A stretch of 29,358 nucleotides of DNA from PVC group bacterium (GCA_043804695.1 JAZDIV010000006.1:1-29358), one strand, 5' to 3'; shown: positions 17,621-26,618, numbered from the stretch's first letter. The notes: generated by a model from the sequence alone, not told the origin. Numbers and translations are program-made.

Positions 17621-18337
17621 ACCAGCAGGGCGATAACCCATAACAGCCAGAAACATCTATTCCGGAGTAAGTCTCTTCGAAACAATAAAGCAAAGCCAAA
17701 GATAACCGGTAAAAGCAGGAAACTGGTATATTTTGTCAGGAGAGCCAGCCCCAGGCTGACACCGGCCCAGAGAAACCGGTTTTTCTTCTCCCACCCCCGG
17801 ATAAAAAAAATAGAGTGTGAGCAGAATGAAAAACGTCTGAGTGGTTCCCGGCCATAGTTTTTCCGAGCAGAGCCAGTGGACCGGGTCGAGACTTAGAAGG
17901 ACAGCCGCCATTATTCCGATCGTACGGTCATATAATTGTTTGCCGATCAGAAAGATCAGCCAGATAGTAAGGCAGCCAAAGAGGACGGAGACCAGGGAAG
18001 CGGATTTTACCGTGGGGCCGAAGAGACGAAGGCTCAAGGCGATAAAATAGCTGAAGAGGGGAGGATGCTTGAAGAGAGGTTGTTGTAGATACTCCGGCGG
18101 CGGGCGGCCCATCTTCACAAGATTATGGTAAATAGGCCGGGGTGAATAATTGCCCGGGTCCTGATAAAGCTGGTAGCCGAGTTCCTGATAGAGGCTTTCA
18201 TCAAAGGTAGAACGGTGGGGGCGGTTGATGCCGTTCCATCTCAGCGCAAAGCTCAGTATCAAAACCAGAATCAAGAGCAATGGAATGAAGCCTCCGGGGA
18301 TTGCTGGAGCTTTTTTGTTTTTTCGGGAGCGTTTCAT
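17592..18337 (-). pseudogene. ArnT/PMT_2-like GT-C glycosyltransferase, frameshifted and truncated
   Basis: TFDESLY and KHPPLFSYFIA motifs. Removing one base of the A8 tract (17803-17810) restores YFFIRGWEKKNRFLWAGVSLGLALLTKYTSFLLLPVI, the canonical GLA.LTK motif. Similarity ends near 17620 and the 3' coordinate is approximate. Confidence 0.75.
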
Positions 18338-18450
18338 CTTTTTCCCTCTTACACTGCCAGAAAATCGAGCTTAAATCCATAAAAAGCGGTTATAAAATGC
18401 CCCCCGATTAATAAAACATATCTTCGACAATCTTTGGCATTGTTTAAAAC

Positions 18451-18498
18451 TAACCCGATTTATTTCTGCCTGTCGGCAGGCAGGAATAAATCGGGTTA
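18451..18498. repeat. TAACCCGATTTAT...ATAAATCGGGTTA palindrome with a 20-bp central insert
   Basis: Insert TTCTGCCTGTCGGCAGGCAG (18464-18483); empty versions at 26314-26341 and 28469-28497. Confidence 0.8.
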
Positions 18499-18508
18499 AG
18501 ACGCAGGT

Positions 18509-20158
18509 ATGATCGCTAAGCAGGGCAGCCATTTCGATGTCATCCTTCTCACCGCGGAATACTATGACGATCATCCGCTCTCGCCCGCGGGGATCATCGC
18601 CCGGGTGCTGGATGCCGCGGGCTTCAGCGTCGGGATCATCGAGAAACCCCTAACCGGAGAGGATGTCGCCCGGCTCGGCCCGCCCCGGCTCTTTTTCGGC
18701 GTGACGGCAGGCTCCATCGACAGCATGCTGAATAACTACACGCCGTTAAAAAAAGAGCGGACGGCTGACGCCCACAGTTCCGTTACCGCCATGCCCGACC
18801 GGGCGGTGATCGCGTACTGCAACCGGATCAAAGAACGCTTCCGGGGGATCCCGATCGTGATCGGGGGCATCGAGGCGTCGCTGAGGCGGTTTGCTCATTA
18901 TGATTACTGGGACAACGCCGTCCGGAGAAGCATCCTCTTCGATTCCCGGGCCGACATCCTGGTGTACGGCAGCGGCGAAAAGCAGGTCATCGAGATCGCG
19001 GAGAGGCTGCGGGACGGGAGGGACCTCACCGGCATCGAGGGCACCTGCCGGAAAAGCCGGGAGCTGCCCCCGTCTTTTGAACTGCTCCCCTCGTTCCAAG
19101 AGGTCACGGCCGACAAAATACAGTTTTGCCGGATGCAGGCGGGGTTTTCCAACCGCAAAAACCTGGCCCAGGAATATGAGAACAACTACCTGCTCCAGTA
19201 TCGCTCCCCACAATACACGACCGGCTATCTGGACTGGATCTATTCGCTCCCCTACACCCGGGAGCTGCACCCGGACTCCCTGCTGGCCATGGCCCGGTTT
19301 TCCGTTGTCACCCACCGCGGATGCGTCGGGCGCTGCAGTTTCTGCTCGCTCGCCCTTCACCAGGGGGACCGCATCATCTCCCGGTCCGAGGAGAGCATCC
19401 TCGCCGAGATAAAAAGGCTGACCGGCTACCCCGGCTTCAAGGGCTACATCGACGACCTGGGGGGGCCGTCCGCCAACATGTACGGGATGGACTGCGGCCG
19501 GACGTGCTCCGGCTGGTGTCTCTCCTGCAGTGATCTGGACAGAAGCCATCAGCGGTTGATCGCGCTTCTGAAAAAGGCGCGGGCGGTCCCCGGCGTGAAG
19601 AAGGTGTTTGTCAGGAGCGGCATCAGATACGATCTCGCGATGGCCAGCGAAGAGTATCTGAAGGAACTCTCGGCTCACCACATCTCGGGTAGTCTCAAGA
19701 TCGCTCCCGAGCATTTTTCTCCGGGCGTGCTCACGCTCATGAACAAGGACAACTCCCGGTTTGATGAGTTCGTCAAACTCTTCAATTCCCTCAACCGCGA
19801 CACCCGCCAGTCCCTGCGCCATTACCTGATGATCGGCCATCCGGGCGACGATGAGGAGGGGGTGAAAATACTGATGGAGAAGGTTAGGGCACTCCAAAAC
19901 ATCGAGCAGTTCCAGGTGTTCACCCCCACGCCGATGTCCGTTTCCTCCTGCATGTACTGGACCGGCGTGAATCCTTTCACGCTGGAAAAGGTCAGGGTGG
20001 TCCGCGATTACCGCACGAAAAAGAAAATGAAGAGGATGCTCCTCGGGTTAAGGGAGAAAAGGCGTTCCGGCGCCCGGGCCGTTCCCCGCCAAGGGGCCAA
20101 AAGATCGGGGGTCGGACAGCGGATTCGCGGCCGCGATTTCCCGCCGCGATGTAAATGA
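18509..20158 (+). CDS. ygiQ: YgiQ family (UPF0313) radical SAM protein
   Basis: GVTAGSIDSML, GGIEASLRRFAHYDYW, HRGCVGRCSFC (CxxxCxxC), DLGGPSANMY, SGIRYDL, LKIAPEH and FTPTP. Confidence 0.9.
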   Translation: MIAKQGSHFDVILLTAEYYDDHPLSPAGIIARVLDAAGFSVGIIEKPLTGEDVARLGPPRLFFGVTAGSIDSMLNNYTPLKKERTADAHSSVTAMPDRAVIAYCNRIKERFRGIPIVIGGIEASLRRFAHYDYWDNAVRRSILFDSRADILVYGSGEKQVIEIAERLRDGRDLTGIEGTCRKSRELPPSFELLPSFQEVTADKIQFCRMQAGFSNRKNLAQEYENNYLLQYRSPQYTTGYLDWIYSLPYTRELHPDSLLAMARFSVVTHRGCVGRCSFCSLALHQGDRIISRSEESILAEIKRLTGYPGFKGYIDDLGGPSANMYGMDCGRTCSGWCLSCSDLDRSHQRLIALLKKARAVPGVKKVFVRSGIRYDLAMASEEYLKELSAHHISGSLKIAPEHFSPGVLTLMNKDNSRFDEFVKLFNSLNRDTRQSLRHYLMIGHPGDDEEGVKILMEKVRALQNIEQFQVFTPTPMSVSSCMYWTGVNPFTLEKVRVVRDYRTKKKMKRMLLGLREKRRSGARAVPRQGAKRSGVGQRIRGRDFPPRCK

Positions 20159-20191
20159 AACCCCCCGCGCCTGCGCGTGGTACCTTTATTT

Positions 20192-20348
20192 ACCCGCCTA
20201 CGCTAAAGCTTCGGCGGGTTATCCGCCAACATTTCCAGACGACATCCCCCGAAGCATTTTTTCGCATTCATCCCCGGGCAACCTCCTTCGCCGAAGTAGC
20301 TTCGGCTACGAAGGCTGAATGCCCGGGGTCTTCTGCGAAGGCGGATAA
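20192..20348. repeat. Composite nested palindromic element between the convergent ygiQ and dusB genes
   Basis: ACCCGCC..GGCGGGT hairpin; TTATCCGCC (20219-20227) / GGCGGATAA (20340-20348) IR; TTCGCA.TTCAT-CCCCGGGCA...TGCCCGGGG-TCTTC.TGCGAA stem, whose loop holds CCTTCG-CCGAAGTAGCTTCGG-CTA-CGAAGG. Confidence 0.7.
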
Positions 20349-20359
20349 AAACGGCAGAG

Positions 20360-21385
20360 TCATTTTCGTCCGGCCGGCAGGAGGCGGGCAACATCGGCCA
20401 GGAGTTCTTCGATACTTCCCCTGCCGGCGATAACCTTCCGCAAATCCCCCAGCCCCGGGCGTCCGGCCAGGTAGCGGACCAGGTGGCCATAAAATTCCCG
20501 TCCGGCCGCCGCCCCGGCCCGGCTCTCCGGCCGGCCGCGGATACGGGCTTCCTCGAGCATGTGCCGGTAGAGCACCTCCAGGTGTTCGGCGATCACCCGG
20601 TAGCGTTCCTCATCCGTCGGGGGCGTGAAGGATTTTCCCGACCAAAGACACCGGCACTCCTCGAACAGCCAGGGGTTGCCGAGCGCCGCCCGACCGATCA
20701 TCACCCCGTCCACCCCGTACCGTTCCAGCGCCGAGACCGCTTCGCCGGCGGTGGTGATCCCGCCGTTGCCGATGACCGGGATGGACGATTGTTCTTTGAC
20801 CCGGCCGATCGCTTCCCAGTCGGCCGGCCCGCCGTGCCGGTCGCCGGCGAACCGGCCGTGGAGGAAGAGAGCCTTTCCGCCGCCCTCCTCGACGGCCCGC
20901 AGTATCTCGTAAATGTTGCGGCGATCGGGTGATACGCCGAGACGGGTCTTGACCGTGACCGGGAGCGTCACCGCCCGGGAGACCTCCCGCACGATGTCGC
21001 GGATCTTCCCCGGGTCCTTCATCAGGGCCGCCCCGGCTCCCTTCCGCATGATCTTCGGCACCGGGCAGCCGCAGTTGATGTCGATCAGGGAGAACCGCCC
21101 CAGGGATTCGATCACCGCCGCCGCCGCGGCCAGGGCCCCGGGCGAATCCCCGTAGAGATGGGCAACGACCGGTTCCTCCTCCGGGTGTGTCGCCAGGTAG
21201 TGCATGGTCGGGGGCGAGCGGCGGCATACCCCCTCGGCGGTCACCACCTCGGTAAAGACCAGGCCGCATCCGAACCGGAGGCAGATCCCTCGGAAGGGCG
21301 ACTGGGTATACCCAGCCATCGGAGCCAGGATGAATGGTGGTTCGACAACAAGATCACCTATCTTGAGGGGGGAGGGAGAGTTCAT
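20360..21385 (-). CDS. dusB: tRNA-dihydrouridine synthase B
   Basis: LAPMAG, IDINCGCPVPKI, GAGAALM, PVTVKTRLG, LHGR, PVIGNGGI and DGVMIGRAALGNPWLF. Confidence 0.9.
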   Translation of the reverse strand: MNSPSPLKIGDLVVEPPFILAPMAGYTQSPFRGICLRFGCGLVFTEVVTAEGVCRRSPPTMHYLATHPEEEPVVAHLYGDSPGALAAAAAVIESLGRFSLIDINCGCPVPKIMRKGAGAALMKDPGKIRDIVREVSRAVTLPVTVKTRLGVSPDRRNIYEILRAVEEGGGKALFLHGRFAGDRHGGPADWEAIGRVKEQSSIPVIGNGGITTAGEAVSALERYGVDGVMIGRAALGNPWLFEECRCLWSGKSFTPPTDEERYRVIAEHLEVLYRHMLEEARIRGRPESRAGAAAGREFYGHLVRYLAGRPGLGDLRKVIAGRGSIEELLADVARLLPAGRK

Positions 21386-21423
21386 AGATAATTATACCCA
21401 GCTCAAAAAGGATTTCGAGCAGG

Positions 21424-21598
21424 AAATCCTAAATCCTAATATCGAAATCCTAAATAAATTCAAAATTCCAAACCGGCCGTGCCGGAACGCTCGCGACCGT
21501 TTGTTTTGGTCATTGATTATTGGGATTTGAGATTTGTTTGATATTTTCAGCCGGAGGCTGATCAGCCTTTGGCTGAGGTGCTTGTGATTTGGAATTTT
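21424..21598. repeat. Inverted heptamer-repeat region (AAATCCT/AAATTCC vs GGATTT/GGAATTT) with a 30-bp palindrome insert
   Basis: aaatcctaaatcctaatatcgaaatcctaaataaattcaaaattccaaa ... ttgggatttgagatttgtttgatattt[TCAGCCGGAGGCTGATCAGCCTTTGGCTGA 21547-21576]ggtgcttgtgatttggaattt. Confidence 0.7.
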
Positions 21599-22340
21599 TA
21601 TTTGCTTGTTGCGCTACTTTTTCGGCGGCGGCGGACGCGGCGGCGGGATCACCCAGGTAGTAATGGCGGAGAGCCTGACCTTTTCCGTCCAGTTCATAGA
21701 CCAGGGGGATGCCGGTGGGGATGTTGAGGTCCGGGATCTCCCGGTCGGAGATTCCGTCCAGGTGCTTGACCAGGGCCCGGAGGCTGTTCCCGTGGGCGGC
21801 CACCAGGACCCGGTTTCCTTTCAGTATTTCGGGGAGGATGGTCCGGTCCCAGTAAGGGAGCACCCGCTCCAGGGTGTCTTTCAGGCATTCGGTGGCGGGG
21901 AGAAGGGCGGGATCGACATCACGGTACCGGGGGTCGAAGCGGGGGTGGCGGGGGTCGTCTTCCGTCAGGGCGGGGGGCCGGACATCGTAGCTCCGCCGCC
22001 AGAGATGGACCTGCTCCGCGCCGTACTTTCCCGCGGTCTCCGATTTATTCAGCCCCTGCAGCGCCCCGTAATGGCGTTCGTTGAGGCGCCAGGAACGGAT
22101 GACCGGTATCCACATCAGGTCCAGCCGTTCCTGGACGATCCAGAGGGTCCGGATCGCCCGCTTGAGAACCGACGTAAAGGCACTATCGAAGGAAAAGCCG
22201 GCTTCCTTGAGTTCCTTTGCCGCCCGGTTGGCCTCGGTTATCCCCGTGCGGTCCAGATCGACATCGGTCCAGCCGGTAAAGCGGTTCTCCCTGTTCCAGG
22301 TGCTTTCTCCATGACGCAATAAGACAAGGTTGGTGGTCAC
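21510..22340 (-). CDS. gpmA: 2,3-bisphosphoglycerate-dependent phosphoglycerate mutase
   Basis: [41 protein letters not shown] and NIPTGIP. The likely start is GTG 22340 with RBS GGAGAG. Confidence 0.93.
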   Translation of the reverse strand: MTTNLVLLRHGESTWNRENRFTGWTDVDLDRTGITEANRAAKELKEAGFSFDSAFTSVLKRAIRTLWIVQERLDLMWIPVIRSWRLNERHYGALQGLNKSETAGKYGAEQVHLWRRSYDVRPPALTEDDPRHPRFDPRYRDVDPALLPATECLKDTLERVLPYWDRTILPEILKGNRVLVAAHGNSLRALVKHLDGISDREIPDLNIPTGIPLVYELDGKGQALRHYYLGDPAAASAAAEKVAQQANKNSKSQAPQPKADQPPAENIKQISNPNNQ

Positions 22341-22435
22341 GAGTATCTCTCCAGCGTCATCTAAGTAGTAACACCAGCGAAAGCGGTCATCGCGAGGCGA
22401 GGCGACAACTTTAGGCACTTTAGCTCACTTTCTTT

Positions 22436-24133
22436 CTACATTCTTCCGTGCCGGATGATGGTGATCAGCAGCCAGAACCCCATGATCCCGGCGACCAGGA
22501 ACCCGATCACGCCGATGATCGGGATGCCGTTCCACTTCGGGGGGACGCCGGCGTGCACGATCAGGGATGAGCCGACGACCAGGGCCGCCAGGACAATGGC
22601 GAAAGCGACCCGGTTGCTGGAGCGATCGAGGGTGCTCAGGATCCGGTCCAGCCCCCGGTGCTGAAAGATGATCTTCAGGTTCCCTCCCCGGGTCAGCTTG
22701 AGGATGGAGCGAACTTCAGCCGGGATATCCCTGAGCAGGGAGAGCAGCTCGGCCCCGGATTCGAAGAGCTCTCCGGCGATCCGTTTCGGGCTGAGACGGG
22801 CCATCTCCAGCCGGGTCACGAACGGTTTTGCCCGGCTGATGATCTCGAAATCCGGATCCAGTTTGACCCCCAGGCTCTCCACCTGACTGAGAGCCTTCAT
22901 CATCAGGAAAAAATTCGGCTTGATGGTCAGGTGGTGCGCGGTCGCCAGCTCCAGCAGCTGCTGGAGCACCTTCCCCAGTTCGAGGTATTTCAAGGGTTGG
23001 TAAAGATTTTGATCGATAAACCCGGCAATATCGCGCTCCAGCGTCTCCCGGTCGGGTTCCGCGTCGTGATCGGTCAGGGCCAGGACCATCTCAACGGTCT
23101 TTTTTTCGTTTTTGCCGACGATCGCCATCAGCAGGTCGCCGAAGTCCTCCCGGTCATGCCGGTTGATCCTCCCCATCATGCCGAAGTCGATATAGCAGAT
23201 AATATTGTCCGGGAGGATAAAGATGTTCCCCGGGTGGGGGTCGGCGTGAAAGAAGCCGAACTCGAAGATCTGCTTCATCATCAGGTCGGCGCCCCGCCTG
23301 GCGAGGAGCGCGCAGTCATATCCTTTTCGGCGCAGTTCTTCGACATCGGAGGCCTTGATCCCGCGGATGTCTTCCAGGGTCAGGATGCGTTCGCTGGAAA
23401 ACTCGCGATAGAGGCGGGGGACACGGATTGTCTCCTCCGCCTTGAACTGATCGGAGAAACGCTCCACATGGGAAGCTTCGAGGGTGTAGTCGATCTCCTC
23501 CCCCAGGGTCCGGGCGAACTCTTCGACGATCCGGCTGGGCCGGATGACCTGGAGTTCCGCCAGGTGCCGCTCCATCAGGCCCGCCAGGTGAAGCATGATC
23601 TCGAGATCGATCTCGATGGTGCGCTTGATGCCCGGTCGCTGGACTTTCACCATGACGTCGGTGCCGTCTTTCAGGGTAGCACGGTGAACCTGACCGATCG
23701 AGGCGGCCGCCGACGGCTCCTTTTCGAACTGCTGAAAAAGCTCTTCGGGGGTTTTACCGGTCTCGGTCTCGATGATTGACTGAACCTCCTCGAAGGGGAA
23801 GGGAGGCACCTCATCCTGGAGTTTGGCCAGTTCCGTGATCAGGGAGAGGGGGATCAGGTCCGGCCGGGTGGAGAGCACCTGGCCCAACTTGACGAAGGTC
23901 GGCCCCAGCTCTTCCAGAGCCAGCCGGAAGCGCTGGGGGCCGGTCAGGGTCTCTATTCTTTCACGCCGTTTCCGGGAGATCTTCTGGAGCCCCAGTTCAA
24001 CGATCTGCTCGATCTTCAGGGTGTCCAGCAGCTCTCCGAAGCCGTATTTGAAGAGGACCTGCAGGATCTGCCGGTACCGGTTGACATGGAGATAGGTTCG
24101 GCTGATGCCGGTGAGTTTCCGGATGCTCAGCAT
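22436..24133 (-). CDS. ubiB: AarF/ABC1/UbiB family atypical kinase with C-terminal TM helices
   Basis: LGPTFVKLGQ.LSTRPDL, AAASIGQVH.A, VKVQRP, FFHADPHPGN and IDFGMMG. Confidence 0.88.
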   Translation of the reverse strand: MLSIRKLTGISRTYLHVNRYRQILQVLFKYGFGELLDTLKIEQIVELGLQKISRKRRERIETLTGPQRFRLALEELGPTFVKLGQVLSTRPDLIPLSLITELAKLQDEVPPFPFEEVQSIIETETGKTPEELFQQFEKEPSAAASIGQVHRATLKDGTDVMVKVQRPGIKRTIEIDLEIMLHLAGLMERHLAELQVIRPSRIVEEFARTLGEEIDYTLEASHVERFSDQFKAEETIRVPRLYREFSSERILTLEDIRGIKASDVEELRRKGYDCALLARRGADLMMKQIFEFGFFHADPHPGNIFILPDNIICYIDFGMMGRINRHDREDFGDLLMAIVGKNEKKTVEMVLALTDHDAEPDRETLERDIAGFIDQNLYQPLKYLELGKVLQQLLELATAHHLTIKPNFFLMMKALSQVESLGVKLDPDFEIISRAKPFVTRLEMARLSPKRIAGELFESGAELLSLLRDIPAEVRSILKLTRGGNLKIIFQHRGLDRILSTLDRSSNRVAFAIVLAALVVGSSLIVHAGVPPKWNGIPIIGVIGFLVAGIMGFWLLITIIRHGRM

Positions 24134-24161
24134 ATAAATTAACTCGCTCTCGTTATTTTTT

Positions 24162-24238
24162 GCCGCTAAGACACCAAGACACTAAGGAAAATTGATTAAT
24201 TATCCTCGTTCTTCTTGGTGACTTTGTGACTTGGTGGC
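24162..24238. repeat. 9-mer-repeat intergenic element, inverted homolog of 7528-7622
   Basis: ttcttggtgactttgtgacttggtggc differs by one base from the reverse complement of 7528-7554. Confidence 0.75.
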
Positions 24239-24260
24239 CTAATTGGGCAAAGCACACGGA

Positions 24261-24551
24261 TTATGAATCGCCTTTCGGCTTCGTGAGCTTTTTTTCGAGC
24301 GCCTTGAGGTCGTCTTTCGTGGCCACGTTCAGCCGGTCGAGCGTATCTTTGATTATCCGGTCGATCCTTTTATCCAGCGCCTTTTTCGCCTCTTCCGATT
24401 TTTTCGCCAGGTCATCGACCAGGTCCCTGCCTTCCCTCTCGGAAAGCTCTCCCTTTTTTACCAGTTCCCGGGAGATCTCTTCCACCTTCTCCTTGGTCAG
24501 ATACGCCAGACCGAGCCCCATATACATGGTCTTTTTGATCAGATCGATCAT
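24261..24551 (-). CDS. Phasin-family / PHA-regulator-like small protein
   Basis: MIDLIKK..YMGLGLA.LTKEKVEE...ELVKKGEL..EG...LNVATKDDL..LE; RBS AGGAGGG; located directly upstream of the ABC1 kinase gene, a common pairing. Confidence 0.8.
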   Translation of the reverse strand: MIDLIKKTMYMGLGLAYLTKEKVEEISRELVKKGELSEREGRDLVDDLAKKSEEAKKALDKRIDRIIKDTLDRLNVATKDDLKALEKKLTKPKGDS

Positions 24552-24564
24552 TTTCTCCCTCCTT

Positions 24565-24584
24565 TAACCCGATAAATCGGGTTA
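24565..24584. repeat. Shortened TAACCCG...CGGGTTA palindrome copy
   Basis: TAACCCGATAAATCGGGTTA followed by GTTTTG, as at 26341. Confidence 0.7.
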
Positions 24585-24702
24585 GTTTTGTAAAATCACA
24601 TATCATATCATTTCTCGCTTTGGTATTTCAATAGATTTATTTTTTCTTCGAAAAAATAAAAATGAAGAGATTGCCATATCCAGGTACTTTTGCTAAAGAT
24701 AA

Positions 24703-24904
24703 TCTTATTTTTCCCGCGAAAAAATAAGAATGGTATATCTGAAGCCAACAGATAATTTATATTCCAAGGGGTAAACGTTGGCTGAGATTATAAGGCCTTA
24801 TCAGAGTGTTGCTTCGATGATACTATTATAATTAACCAACCGACCCCCGACTGAATCAGTCGGGGGTCCATTATAAATTTGCGAGCGCAGCGAGCTAATT
24901 TATA
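24703..24904 (+). repeat. Structured intergenic element, copy B (homologous to 2301-2502)
   Basis: Same two hairpins in the same order and spacing; GAC5GACTGAATCAGTCG5TC at 24842-24868; identical 36-bp tail. Confidence 0.85.
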
Positions 24905-24905
24905 G

Positions 24906-26120
24906 ATGAGAAGCATAGTGACATGCGCGGGGTGGGCGGCTCTGGCCTGTCTTCTCGGCGGCGAGGTCGGCGGGTTCGAGATAACCAGCCACTACAGCCC
25001 CCGGAACCGGGAGCGTCCCCCCCGGACCTCCACCGAGTACATCATCCTGCACACGACCGAAGGCCCCGCCCGCGGATCGCTCAGGAAAGTCCGGGAAAAC
25101 GGCGAGACCCACTATTTCGTCGATACCGACGGGCACATCTACCGGATCATCCACCGGGACCGGGTCGCCTTCCACGCCGGCCGCAGCATGTGGCGGGGGA
25201 AAACCGACCTCGACAGCTGCTCGATCGGGATCGAGGTGGTCGGCTATCACAATAAAAGCATCACCGCCGCCCAGTATCAGGCGCTCGGCGAACTGCTCCG
25301 GCAGCTGCAGACCGTCTACAAGGTCCCGGATGAGCGTGTGCTCTGCCACTCGATGGTCGCCTACGGTGCGCCCAACAGATGGCATAAAAGGTCCCACCGG
25401 GGCCGCAAGAGATGCGGGATGCTCTTCGCGCAGAATCCCGTCAGGAAAAAGCTCGGCCTGGATAAGAAACCCGAGTACGATCCGGACGTGAAAGCGGGCC
25501 GGTTGGCGGTCGGCGATCCGAACCTGGCCCGGGCCCTCTATGGGAAGGAACGGGAAGTGGTGACCGCGGTTGCCCTCTTCACGGCGAATGACGCCGACAT
25601 CATCTCTTCCGGCCGGACGGCCTGGGTCATCGCCCGGGACCGGTATAACAGCCCGGATGTGACGTACCGGTTTCCGGACGGAAGGGAGCTTCGGGGAGAC
25701 CAGGTCACGGACTGGAACAACATCCCGGCCGGCACCAGGGTCGCCATGGGAGAAAGCCCGAGGGAGAACGAGGCCGATAACATCAAGATCATCGGCCGCG
25801 ACGGGACGACGGCCCGGGAGATCGCCGGCGACGAGTACGACCGCAAGACCACCATCTATTTTCTGCCGGATGGCCGCACGCGGAGCGGGGATACACTGAA
25901 GGCCGTTGAAATAGCGGCCCTCCCGGTCAAGACCCGGGTGTTGGTGGGGTATGTTGATGGGGGATATGTTACTGCTCAAAGAAGCGCCTTTGACATCTGC
26001 GGCGCGCGCTGGAAACTGCCGGACACATTTTTCCGGCTTCCCGACGGCACCATTCTGCCCGGCAGCACTATAACGGAGACATCAATCCCGAAGAAGGCCC
26101 GGGTCTTTTTCAGAAATTAA
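24906..26120 (+). CDS. N-acetylmuramoyl-L-alanine amidase (Amidase_2) with three C-terminal repeats
   Basis: Signal peptide; YIILHTTEG, THYFV, AFHAGRS.W, SIGIEVVG and VLCHS; three TA..IA...Y......Y.FPDG repeats. Confidence 0.85.
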   Translation: MRSIVTCAGWAALACLLGGEVGGFEITSHYSPRNRERPPRTSTEYIILHTTEGPARGSLRKVRENGETHYFVDTDGHIYRIIHRDRVAFHAGRSMWRGKTDLDSCSIGIEVVGYHNKSITAAQYQALGELLRQLQTVYKVPDERVLCHSMVAYGAPNRWHKRSHRGRKRCGMLFAQNPVRKKLGLDKKPEYDPDVKAGRLAVGDPNLARALYGKEREVVTAVALFTANDADIISSGRTAWVIARDRYNSPDVTYRFPDGRELRGDQVTDWNNIPAGTRVAMGESPRENEADNIKIIGRDGTTAREIAGDEYDRKTTIYFLPDGRTRSGDTLKAVEIAALPVKTRVLVGYVDGGYVTAQRSAFDICGARWKLPDTFFRLPDGTILPGSTITETSIPKKARVFFRN

Positions 26121-26178
26121 CCCGAAATAACCACAAAGACACGAAGACACCAAGAAAATAAATTAGCTTCGCAACTTT

Positions 26179-26232
26179 GTAGCGGCGACCTTTAGGTCGC
26201 CATGAGGGTGGCGGTCTAAAGACCACCGCTAC
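26179..26232. repeat. GTAG-type REP doublet (inverted pair)
   Basis: GTAGC-GGCGACC-TTTA-GGTCGCC ... GGCGGTC-TAAA-GACCACC-GCTAC. Confidence 0.75.
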
Positions 26233-26313
26233 GATGTTTATTAAAATTCCGATACAGGAACTATAGCAGCAAGATTTTCTGCGCAATTTTAGGCACTTTA
26301 AACTTTAGGCACT

Positions 26314-26341
26314 TAACCCGATTTATTCATAAATCGGGTTA
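26314..26341. repeat. 28-bp palindrome TAACCCGATTTATTCATAAATCGGGTTA (empty form)
   Basis: 13-bp perfect arms; preceded by TTTAGGCACTT repeats that also occur near 22410-22430. Confidence 0.8.
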
Positions 26342-26618
26342 GTTTTGAGCAATGCCAGGGCCAGTATCTATAGCAGCGTATTTACGGTATTGATCATATT
26401 ATTCTCTTGTGCAGTTATTTGCTTGCCAAGCATCTATTATTGATTGCATCGTTACCAGCAGAAACAGGACGTGGGCCTGCCGGATAAGAAAAGACAGTCT
26501 GCTGTAGACATATCAACTGTGTTGCTATCCATAACGTGTTGAACACTAACTGATAACCTGGATTATTCATGAAAATTTTCAATTTTCATGAATAATCCAG
26601 GTTAAGGCACTTTTTACT

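Noticed and set aside
26342..26618. AT-rich region upstream of add as an ncRNA or purine riboswitch
   Set aside because: No purine-riboswitch core or convincing stems are visible by eye.
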